From positions 1 through 64,000 of the forward strand of contig KZ538391.1 of assembly GCA_000934665.2 (NCBI GenBank): 64,000 nt of DNA. The letters are read 5' to 3'. Below are positions 26,826-37,056 of the stretch, in pieces. The notes beneath the pieces are model-generated. The model saw nothing but the letters and a program-made list of their open reading frames with translations. It was not told where the DNA came from and ran no database searches. Position 1 is the first letter of the stretch. The number at the start of each line of letters is the position of its first letter. Position numbers and translations under genes: made by a program. The stretch is from Catajapyx aquilonaris. Lineage: Eukaryota.

Positions 26826-29800
26826 TCAGTCGTCAAGACGCACGACTTTGAATCCGAGACGTATGAGAGCAGTACGGATGTGGGGGTAGACTGAGGCGTC
26901 CTCGATGGTGCTGGGGATGACCACCTTTTGACCCGAGGCCATCTCGGACAGGGACTTGCGAGGTGTCTTCCCGGATCTGGTGCGGGGAAGCCCCGGAACA
27001 GCTGCAGCCAACCTGAAGCAGGCCACCGGACCCACGCATTCCCTCACACGAGACACGACCTCTTGGGTCACCTCTGCCTCTGGTCTGTCGCAACCTGTGT
27101 GGTCAGCGTGAAAAGATAAGGTCAGTATAGGAGGAATCTATATACAGGTATAGCAATAATGTACCGTCTTTGAGCACGTAGAGAGCAGCAGGGACTTGTC
27201 CTTTGAGCAGATCCGGTGCCCCGAAGACAGCGCAGTCAACGACGTCCGGATGCTCCAGAAGGACTTCCTCGATGGCCGATGTGGCCAGTCTGTGTCCGGC
27301 CACGTTGATCACGTCGTCCTTTCGAGCTGTCACGTACACGAACCCGTTTGGGTCCATCCGACCCGCGTCCATCGTGTCGTAGCACCCTGGGTACGACCTG
27401 AAGTACACGTCCTTGAATCGGTCGGGTGCTCGGTACAGAGTGGACATCATGCCTGGTGGGAGAGGACCTTTGCACACAATGCTGCCCAGCTCGTTCGTGG
27501 AAGCCTCGCTGCCGTCCTCCCTCATTATGGCCACTGCATGGTCAGCAAGAAATAGTGTGAGTAATTATCAGACACACTGTGCAATCGTACGTACCGTGGA
27601 ATCCGGGGAATGGTTTTCCGGACGAGAGTGGCGGGGCTTCTGGATCTTCTCCGAGGCCCACGGACACGGCTGTGATTGGGTGACCCGTCTCGGTCTGCCA
27701 CCAATTGTCGATCGCCGGTACCTTCAATAATTGTTACGTACATGTCAGCCCAACAATCGACGCAACAACAGTAAGTACGCACCTGAAACGCCTTCCTAGT
27801 CCACTTCATTGTTTCCAGGTCGCAGTGTTCTCCGGCCACAAACACGTGGGTCAGCCTACGGGAGATAAGGCAAAAGGTCAGGTGATGACCTCTGAGGAAT
27901 AGGTCACGATTGACTTACTCCGACATCTTGTGTTTGCGACCCAATAAGGCGTCTTCGTCCTGTCGTTTGATCGCGCGGATCGCGGTAGGAGCCACGAACA
28001 TGGCCTTGACCCCATGTTGACCTACGACCCTGAGCAGTGAGGTGTTACATCTCATTTAATTCACGCATATTGTGTACACTAACCTGAAGAACTGTTCAGC
28101 ATTTGGCGTCCCGATCGGTTTCCCTTCGTATAGAATGGAGGTGGCTCTGGTCAACAGGGGCGCGTAGCATATGAAGGAGTGACCTACGACCCAGCCCAGG
28201 TCAGAGGCTGCCCACCAAGTGTCTCCGGGTCCGATCCCGTAGGCTGCGGTCATGCTGTATCGAAGCGACACCATGTGACCTCCCAAAGGCCTCTGGACGC
28301 CCTTGGGGTCACCCGTGGTGCCGGACGTGTACAAAATGTACAAGGGGTCGTTGGCCTCCACAGGGACGCAGTCAAGTGGTTGACCTCTGGAGGTCACCTC
28401 TCTCCAGTCCAGCTCGCGTCCACTAGACAGGGCAGTAGGTTCGAACCCTGGCCTTTGAAACACCACGCTGGGAATGTCGGGGTCACCGCACATGCGCAGA
28501 GCCTCTCTCAGCAGTGGCATGTACCTGACAACAAAGGTCACATTAAAGTAAGTGTTTTGACCCCCATTGATGCTGTGCATAAATTTTTTTGCTAGTCATC
28601 AATCTTTTTCCTAAAAGGATGTTTGTCCGACTTGATAGTACCTCTCTCTCTCGCACGACCTGAAAGTGGCAGGAGTGTACAGACGGATGCCGCGCCATCT
28701 ATGCTTTAAGAATAGTACTACTACGTGGTAAATCGGCGAGCCATTTCATTAAAGTTGTTTAATTGTCACTCTCATAGTATACTGATTACAGATTTTGGCA
28801 ACTGGCTCACTAGTCACATAGAATTGGCTCGAGTCTGTGCCTTTGCTTGTCCGGGGCGAGTCATCAGCTAGGTCCACGATTCTGAGAGTGGCAGTAGTGT
28901 GCAGAGAGGGAGCATGCGCCATCTATGAGCGAAGGAAGGTACTACATGGACAGTTTTGGCAATAAGGAGTGCCATTAACAATGCAACAGATTCAGTTGAA
29001 AGGCTCTATTATGTACTGTACGAGTAAATTGGGTCATTGTAAAACCAAAAGGTTCGTGTGTGACCCTCCCGTTCAACTCACTCGATGTTCCTGGTCGGCT
29101 CCACGCCTATGTTTGCAGAGACTATCACCTTTGGCTTGGAGTGGGCTATCCTCTTAGACAGCTCCTGCGATGCGAATCCTGCAATACAGTATGGTTACAT
29201 CGGTTGTCTTTAGTGTACGACACAATGCCTGACCTCCGAAGACCAGCGAGTGTACGGCTCCCAGTCTGGCTGAAGCGAGCATGGCCACGACTGCCTCTGG
29301 GATCATCGGCATGTAGATGAGGACGACGTCTCCTTTGCGCAGCCCCATTGCGCGCAGCCCCGCCGCCAGTGACGTCACTTCCTGGTGAAGCTGCGCGTAG
29401 GAGATGCGCCGGAGGGAGCCAGTCACTGGGCTGTCGTGGACAATGGCCGTCTGGTGGCCATGGCCAGACTCCAGGTGACGGTCCAGGCAGTTGTAACACG
29501 CGTTCAGCTCGCCTCCCACGAACCTGTGGGATTGGTACGTTAAGGCCAACAGGCGGAGACCAAAATAATGACATCTCTACACCACCTTTTGTGATCATTT
29601 GGGACCGGTTTGACCCGACCATATACTGACCATTTGGTAAAAGGAGGGTTTGAGTTGTCCAGCACTTTTGACCATGGTTTGTGCCAGGTGATGCTTCGGG
29701 CCTGTTGGGCCCAGAATTCCTCAGGAGAGTCCTTGGCCAATCGGAAGTCACGCTGGTACGCACCATCAGACGACTGCACGCACTCGTCGGTCGTGGCAGC

Positions 29801-30224
29801 AGTACCTACGTCGCATCGAAAATAATTCATGGAATTAGAGATCGATCAGCATATCCAATCGATCAGAGCCAAAGAGGCCCCCCAGAAGTTGCGTGTTGAC
29901 ATTTTTTTCCGTTTGTATAACCATATCCTTGCGTAACTTTTCTGATTCGCAGCATACAATTACGTACCGATTTTAGTTACATTAAAATTTATTTCCCGTA
30001 CGTACTTCTGTGACCAGGTAAATTCCGAAGTAGTAATACAGTGATAAAAAGGGGGTGACATAACCGATAGTGCCTATCACTGCGATAAATGCACCTCCAC
30101 GTGCTGGCACCTCTTAATTGTAATAATGATTTGATCTGTACTTACCCGCATGCTGTAACCGGATCTGGATCCGTTTAAACAGTCCGGATAACCTGAGCAG
30201 CTGCGTATGTGGCATTGGGTACAT
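26826..30224 (-). CDS. ACSS3: Acyl-CoA synthetase short-chain family member 3, mitochondrial (acetate/propionate-CoA ligase), 10 exons, 676 aa
   Basis: AMP-binding motif LYILYTSGTTGDPKGV. Also WWAASDLGWVVGHS, FVAGEHCD, DNWWQTETG, YDTMDAG, RKDDVINVAGHRL and LPRTRSGKTPR. Exons 30146-30224 (Arg-rich, acid-free transit-like peptide; less certain), 29631-29805, 29234-29523, 29082-29178, 28084-28524, 27919-28029, 27783-27855, 27595-27721, 27165-27533, 26826-27094; 2031 nt in frame. Confidence 0.92.
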
Positions 30225-32662
30225 GATGCACCTGTGATTATCGTGATGTATTCCTGTGCCTGGCTCACTCAGCAATGGGGAGTCAGTGAAAGCACGTAAG
30301 CGGCGTTGCCTGATTGTCTAGCACACAGGTGGAAGCTACGTCACAACATGCCAATGGCTCTAAAGGGGCCAAGTGTTTACATCAAAGACCGAGTAAAAAA
30401 AATGTGCGGAAGATGAATTGTTGCAGTGTGCACCGCAATAAGTGCATAATTGCGAGTGGGCCGGAATTTTTAATTACTGCGCGGGTGTTACGCAACGTTT
30501 TGCAAATGACCTTGCGAAGTTGCAGCTACATTTTTTTAAGTGTGTGCTGCGTATACATTGCACCAATTGTTCATCTCATTATTATTTTGTTGCGGCCATT
30601 TAATGCCCTCCGTACCTTTCATGTGATCAAGTGTATAGACTATAGCCAAAAGAACCAGAATTGAGAAGCAGTGGGTGAGAAAGAGACACACACACAGAGA
30701 GAAGAAAAAGCTTTCAGGATAATTGCCTTGTCCAGCAGCAGCTTAATGTCTTGGGGTGGGCCATTGTTGGCTTCAATCCTGACTGCGAGGGGATCCTTTG
30801 CATTCTTATGAGGTGTCGCCGGAATATAAAGCAAGACACGTGGAAACTCTCGCCAAACTGCGTTTGCAAGGAGATGGCTTCTAATCGCACGCACAAAAAT
30901 AAAATAAAAATCCGGGCCCGGAAAGAAAATCCGGAATTGTACAATCCAGCAGATGCTGCGAATTAATTAACAGAATAATAATTAAAACGCGATATTGCCA
31001 AGTTAATATAAAACGCGGCGGGTATGTCGCCAGTGACATCACTTTTTTTTATATTCCTATTGAAACTACCTTCGAGCCATAGAAATATCAACCGAGAGAC
31101 TATAGAAGAAAAGTACGGGCGTCATTTCCGGATTAATGAAATTCTGTTCTCTGCTGGGGGGTGTCCTATAGTCTCCGGAGGTGGAAATAGAGACCCAAAA
31201 GAGAAAGAAAAGAAATAAGATGAAAAAATGAGTTCCAATTTCTATATAGTCCCGGTTCCGGTGACGTCATCCGCGACGGATGCGGTCAGTGATTTAATCA
31301 GGTCCGAAGGCGGGAAGTGTCACTAATTCACTTCGATTTTTTTTTCCATGTCTGATGCGCACAGAAACGAGATGGTATACGTTCTACGACTTCACAAGAT
31401 TACATATACTTGTTGCAGCTTCTTTAAAGGTAGCTGGAGAGAACAACCTATCACAGTATGCAACATGCCAACTTGAAAACTGAAAACACGGTTCTGCTAA
31501 AACGCTTGTATTGTATGGCAAAACCCGGACCAGCCCAAAATGTTGCTGGAGGGCTCGCAAAATTTGGGGAGACGTCCGATTTCACCAGTTTGCGACTCCC
31601 TCAGGCAACAACCAGTTTTGCACGCGTAAATTTTGGCCAACTCTGAAGAGGTATCCTATCCTGCTATGCAACCAAACCACCTCCTGGATATAGCATAACC
31701 AACAGGATAACATATGCAAGTGTGGCATTTTGGCAAGTTTTGGAGGTTGTTGGTGCCTCTCAAAAATTCTAGCTAACTACTATAGCGGACCTGTTTCCAA
31801 AATTTGCCAACACTGCCTGGCCCACCCCCTAACTTGGACGTATGCCGCTATCAGTTGGCGCATTCTCCCTCTGTACACTCCTGCCACTCTCAGGGAGAAA
31901 GCAGTAGAATGAACGTTGGTGATGAGTCACCGCGCGGACAAAGCCCACCAGGCGATACTACTTTGTCCTATAGAATTGGCTAGGCGTGACTCTGTCCCTA
32001 CACGACCTATAGGTGCATGTAGTTACCATATAGTACCACCTGGAGTCAGAGTGTGCACAGGGATGTGCGCCATCTGGTTGTGGCATGCCGTACTACGTCC
32101 AAGAGGGGGCCGGACAGTGTTGCCAAATTTCGTCCACAGTTCACTTTACTAGTATAGAATAAAATAATATTCGAGTGGAACGCCCTATTTTCTAGTAGAA
32201 GCTGAGCAAATAATCGGCAGCAAAGATTTTGACATCCAATTAGCGAGATGTAGTAAATTAGACGTCCGGTCAAGGTAGGGGAGGGGGGAGGGGAAAGAGG
32301 GGTTGGAGGGAGGGGCACAAAAAAGTACATCTGATAAAATCCCCAAATGATTTCCTTCCCGAAGAAAACAATCTTAATGAGCAAAATACTGGCTGAAAAG
32401 TTGGCCCAGAATCGCTGCGCTGACGGAATTAATCACTTAGTTACTCCTCCTGGGAACAACCACCACTACAGCTTCCCCCCCCCCTCCCCCTCCTTCCTAA
32501 TTAATCTTGCCCGATTCAAAAACATGATTAATTTTTTAACTCTTTTTTTTACGTAACGTTGAAACAATAATGGAGCAGACGGGGTCAACAATGTATCCGT
32601 GGAAACAGCCCAGCCATATAGATAAGAGCCCATGTTCCGAGACGTAAGAGACAAGATCTGCC

Positions 32663-35600
32663 ATGGCGGCGTCCAAGGTGGACGTGACGCACGACACCGC
32701 GACGGCCTGGTGCGTCACGCAGCCAAAACACCAGCTCTTCCGGTTCTCCTGGAGGATTCTGCAGTTCGCCAGATACATGCAGCTGAAACCTTGTAAGTGT
32801 GAATAAAATATGTCCACTGCTGCTGCTCTTATAGAGGAGCAAAACCGAGTGCGCACCACAGTTCGCGCAGCATGCAGGGTTGGCATTATCAATGATAGCT
32901 GATATATAGCCTATAAGCGCTGCACTTATTTCCAACTCTACGTTTGGGAGTGGGGACAAAATGCCTGACGTTTGCGACGTTGCCGAGACAATGGAGCTGC
33001 GCGAGTGTGGATGCCCACTCGGTTGCTCTCGTTAAACAATATTGTATTGACAAATCACGCGAGTGTGATTCGAGTAGACTTTTTCTCATTTCCAAGGATA
33101 TTCAAATTGGAAAACAATGACATGGAATGTTGTCAGTCTTATTGCTTGTTGGCAAAAGAAACCCAAGAAAAATATTTTCAATAAAGCGTGACCTTGGCGG
33201 ATAGAGTGAATCCGAAAACCGGTAGTTGGCCATGAAACCTATTTAAGGTCCGATGAATCAGAATCCGAAAACAGTTTGTCGCTATCTCTTGCGGTTTAGG
33301 CCCTGATACATGTCCACAGACGGACAGAGCCATTCTAATAACACTTTGCTCCGATGAGAAAAAGAAAACGCTTGCGACGTTTCCCAGGAGACTAACTCTG
33401 GCACCGTTGTTGTCGGAACAATGGAGCTGCGCGAGTGTGGGTGCGCACTCGATTGCGTTCGTATATTATATTAGTAACATGTATTCTCTCTCGACGTGCA
33501 GCTATGGTTCTGAAGTCGTCGGCGTTCAAAATAAGGTCTCCGATCGGTGCGGAGTGGAGGTTGCACCTGTACCCGAACGGGGTTGACCCGGAGTGGGATG
33601 GGTTCGTCAGCTGCTATGTCCACCTGGTGTCGGCCGAGTTGCCCGAGCTGGCCGCCACCCTCACCTTGTACCTCATCGACGCGAACGGTACCCACCCCAA
33701 TATCCAGCACACTGCATCCCCAGCAACAGTGCTTTATAACATTACTTTCCAAAATGGTGCACAGGTACCCAGTACTTCGTGAGGGACAGCCCGAGCTTGC
33801 ACACCTTCTCGTACGTGACTGTGAACCAAGCCTGCTGGGGGATACCGGACCTGGCTCCGGCGGACGAGATCTACGACATGCACAGGACTATCCTCCCTGG
33901 AGGATCGCTGACCATCGTCTGCGAGTGTTGCATGAGGGGGTTCACCACCCTGTGGTGCGGCACAGGGTCCAAACCGGACATCAAACTGTCCAGGACCAGA
34001 CTATCCTCTTCAAAAGCACGTAAGTCCGAACGCCCGATACAATCCATTTTCTTGATATATCCGTATACGATTTTTTACGAGCACAACCGAGTGCGCACCA
34101 CAGATCGCGCAGCGTGCACGGTTGGCATTAACAATGATAGCTGGTAAGTTCTCCGCATAGTTAGAGGCTATAGGAAGAGAGACGCCAACGTCTGATTGGC
34201 TGGAGTAATTATGGGTTGTTTACGTGTCCTATGGAGGCCGCCATCTTGCGGAAAAAGTGGCCGGCTCTGACGTCACGGTCGACTCCGGCTGGCTGGAGTA
34301 GAGGTCTCCAGCCAATAGCACGTCAGAAGTTGACGACTCTCTTACTCCAGGCCATGTAGACTATACACATAAGCGCTGCACGTATTTCCAACGCTAGGCT
34401 TGGGGAAGAAACAATATGACCAACGTTTGCGACGTTGCCAAGGCCTCTGGAACTAACCTCAGAGGCTACCCTGGGGAGTATAAACTCTGGCAACGACGCT
34501 GTCAGAACAATGGAGCTGCGCGAGTGTGGGTGCGCACTCGGTTACGTTCGTCAAGTCGGCGGAAATCTGAGAGATTCATTGAAGCAAGGGGACATTCCGA
34601 CAATCGACTGGTTGAATAATTAAGGCAGACTGCCAATCAATCCCTGAATGACGGGAAGCGGCTAATTAAAAAGTTCATCCGTCTCGGGTCAACGGCAAGG
34701 CAAGGCCATGAGGCGTATAGGCTTAGAAAATCGCATTGTGGTCAATCGAATTATATTATTGGCAATTGATTTGCCGGCATGATGAGGTTTCTATTTCGGA
34801 TTAACACCAACAGGATGCGACGTTGGGGGCCGTTGTCTTGTAGCACCCACATCCACTTTCCCTGCAGTCCTACTCAGTATGTTTGAAGGTCGAGGTAGTG
34901 ACCTGCTGTGACCTCTCTTTCCCCGGTAGTATTACAGAAGGGCCGAGAATGGACGAAGAAGAGGAGGAGGAAGAGCAAGCGACGGGCATCGTCCATCTCG
35001 AGCCAGATGTCCAACGACAGCACAGGAGACGACTCGAAACTGTCTCCGCACAGGCCATCCCCAGGTAAAGATGACCGCCCTCTGAAGGCATCGACTCCAA
35101 AGAAGAGGACCCCCTCAACGACCAGGCTGGACCCCAAGGTGGTGGTCCCTCCTGGCCGACTGAGGGAGGACATGGCCCTCCTGCTCCAGCACGGGCCTTT
35201 CTCCGACATGAAGGTCACGGTGGCGAAGGGACAGGTCATCCAGGTTCACAAGACCGTCTTGAAGGCCAGGTGCCCCAAGATGCTGGAGAAGGCCGTGGAA
35301 GGGGTCGTGGACCAGCCGGACGTGCCGGCGGAGGTCATGAGGCAATTTCTAAGGTCGGCCCATCTCTCATCTTATACGCAGCAATAAAAGGGAAAGTTTG
35401 TCGGTATGTTTTAGTATGGCGGTAATGGGCGGTGGGGAATGAATGGAAATGGGACATGTTTGGCCCGTTTCCAAAAGGATCCAAGCACGTTTGGCATATA
35501 TTCAGTTCGACCGCCATTTCTGGTCCGAGCAGGGAGCATATACTATACGTAAGAGGCGAAAACATTCAATTTCCGCGTCTCTCTCTTTGGGCCAAGGCTG

Positions 35601-37056
35601 GCGGCCATTTTGAAGTGAGGGCAACGCCAACGAGGTACAAATAGGGTACAGGCAAAAATAGGGTCCGCCATCTTTGATTCGCGCGTGTTCTTGCCGTGTA
35701 GTTGCCATGGCCGCCAAAACCATCAAAGATGGCGGACCCTATTTTTGCCTGTACTCTATTTATACCTCGTTGGCGTTGCCCCCACTTCAAAATGGCCGCC
35801 AGCCTTGTAAACGGCCCCAAGCAGAGAGACGCGGAAATCAATGGCGCTGACCGAAGTGTGCGCCTCTTATGTAGTATATGATCCCTGGTCCGAGCTTCCC
35901 CTGCCATTTTGGGTCCTCTTCTTTTTCTCCCGACAGGTTCGTGTACACCGGGTGGCCAGGAGACATAAACCCTTCAGACAAGATGCTGTTCGAGGTGGCC
36001 AGACGCTTCGAGATGGATCGACTGGCGGCCATTTGCGAGGCGGCCATGGTGTCGGACCTGGACATCTACAGCGTCACGGGTTACTTCAGCATGACCAGGG
36101 ACGGCACGCTGCCAGAGCTGAGAAAGGAGGCCGTCGTGATGCTCAGGAACACCATTCTGGTAAGGTTACCAGGCCACAAGCTAAGTCGCCTCTGACCTCT
36201 GCTGCCCCCCCNCCCCCCCCCCCCCTTTATATTATTCCATCAGGAGATGGACGGGAAGGACTGGGAGCATCTGGAGAAGGAGAACCCGCAGGTGCTTCAC
36301 GAGCTCCTGAGCCTGGCCTACCCGGAGCTGCAGAACCCCGAAGCAGCGGCCACTCACCCGGATATTGCGAGCCTAAAGGAGAAGAGGGAAAAGCTGGAGG
36401 ATCTCTACAGGAAGTCCAGCAGCAGAGCAGGGAGTCGGATAGCGGATCAGATGGGGCTAGACGCGCGGCAGTCCAGCGTCGAAAGAACGCAACGGAAAGG
36501 ACGCTCCTCGCTCCGGAGGGTAAGCTTGGCGTCTCAGCAAGGTCAGCAGGAGGAGGCCCTTCCCATCATCCCTCGCGCACCCAGCCACCTTGCCATCGAA
36601 GATCTGCCTCTTCCCAGTCTACGCCACAGCGCCACAAGGTTGCCTCTCCTGAAGGGCAGCCAGCAGGGTTTGCCCAGGACGCAATCCAGGATGGCTCCGG
36701 ATAATCCCGATACGAGCAAAGCAGGAGGAGGCTCAGGGAAAAAGTGTCATTGCTCGCATAAACCCAAAGAGGAACAGGAGGGGAGGACGGGGAATGAGGA
36801 GAGACACAGATGTGGGTGCGTGAAAAAAGAGAAGGCCAAAGAGGAACAGGACGAGGAGGGGAAGAGGCAAGAGGAGATCCGCAAGTGCGAGTGCTTGCAG
36901 AAGGAGAACAAGGCCAAGGAGGATCAGGACCGGGAGGAGGAGGACAGATTGAGACAGGAAGAGAGGAGGAGACAGGAGCCGCTGGACAGGCAGAAGCAGG
37001 CGCTGAAAGAGGAGATGAGGAAACAGGCAGATGCATACAGACAGGAGCACAAATAA
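32663..37056 (+). CDS. Divergent SPOP/roadkill-like MATH-BTB-BACK protein (Cullin-3 adaptor-like) with long C-terminal extension, 6 exons, ~676 aa
   Basis: GCCATGG start. MATH: AWCVTQ..FSWRI, LKSSAF, WRLHLYPNG..FVSCYVHLVS, CWG, LPGGSLTIVCE. BTB: FSDMKV..VHKTVLKARCP, FLRFVYTG, RFEMDRLAAICE. BACK-like: LRKEAV..WEHLEKENPQVLHELL. Exons 32663-32792, 33502-33687, 33765-34019, 34930-35353, 35937-36159, 36244-37056. The exon 4 acceptor is the least certain. Confidence 0.85.
32835..33033. mobile_element. Tc1/mariner-type MITE family B (TA|CGAG termini), copy 1
   Basis: TIR GAGC..AACCGAGTGCGCACCACA..TCGCGCAGC / GCTGCGCGAGTGTGGGTGCGCACTCGGTTGC.CTCG|TA. Other copies at 33370-33463 (right part), 34078-34550 (full, with nested insert) and 37380-37569 (right part). 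Confidence 0.75.
33046..33365 (-). mobile_element. DINE-1/HINE-like element, copy 2 (reverse orientation)
   Basis: Stem-loop AATCACGCGAGTGTGATT next to CTTTTTCTCAT, with the inverted ATGAGAAAAAG at ~33354. Core ATCAGAATCCGAAAAC.GTTTGTCGCTATCTCTTGCGGTTT..CCTGATAC.TGTCCACAGACGGACAGAGCC. Confidence 0.7.
34078..34550. mobile_element. Family B MITE carrying a nested palindromic element at 34157-34364
   Basis: Relative to copy 32835-33033, ~220 bp extra lie between ATGATAGCTG and ATAAGCGCTGCAC. The insert has its own inverted ends ATAGT..AGAGAG.CG.CAAC.TCTGA..TTGGCTGG / CCAGCCAA..TCAGA.GTTG.CG.CTCTCT..ACTAT. Confidence 0.75.
35531..35886. mobile_element. Fold-back MITE with 9-bp TSD (Mutator/MULE-like) in intron 4 of the MATH-BTB gene
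   Basis: Almost the whole element is an inverted repeat (AGGGAGCATATACTA..AAGAGGCG..TTTCCGCGTCTCTCT..CAAGGCTGGCGGCCATTTTGAAGTG..GTACAGGCAAAAATAGGGTCCGCCATCTTTGAT and its mirror image). TSD GGTCCGAGC at 35522-35530 and 35887-35895. Confidence 0.88.

Noticed and set aside
29806..29902. ATGs at 29830 or 29902 as the ACSS3 start
   Set aside because: 29902 meets an in-frame TGA. 29830 lies inside a branch-point/acceptor region that splices in phase to a better transit-peptide exon at 30146-30224.
32570..32647. In-frame upstream ORF before the MATH-BTB start (possible read-through extension)
   Set aside because: It ends in TAA without a read-through context, the downstream ATG has a strong GCCATGG context, and the TSS is unknown.
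35841..36704. 287-aa ORF overlapping the BTB gene in another frame
   Set aside because: It starts inside a MITE, crosses an intron containing an N, and has no recognisable motif. Probably a by-product of GC-rich codon usage.
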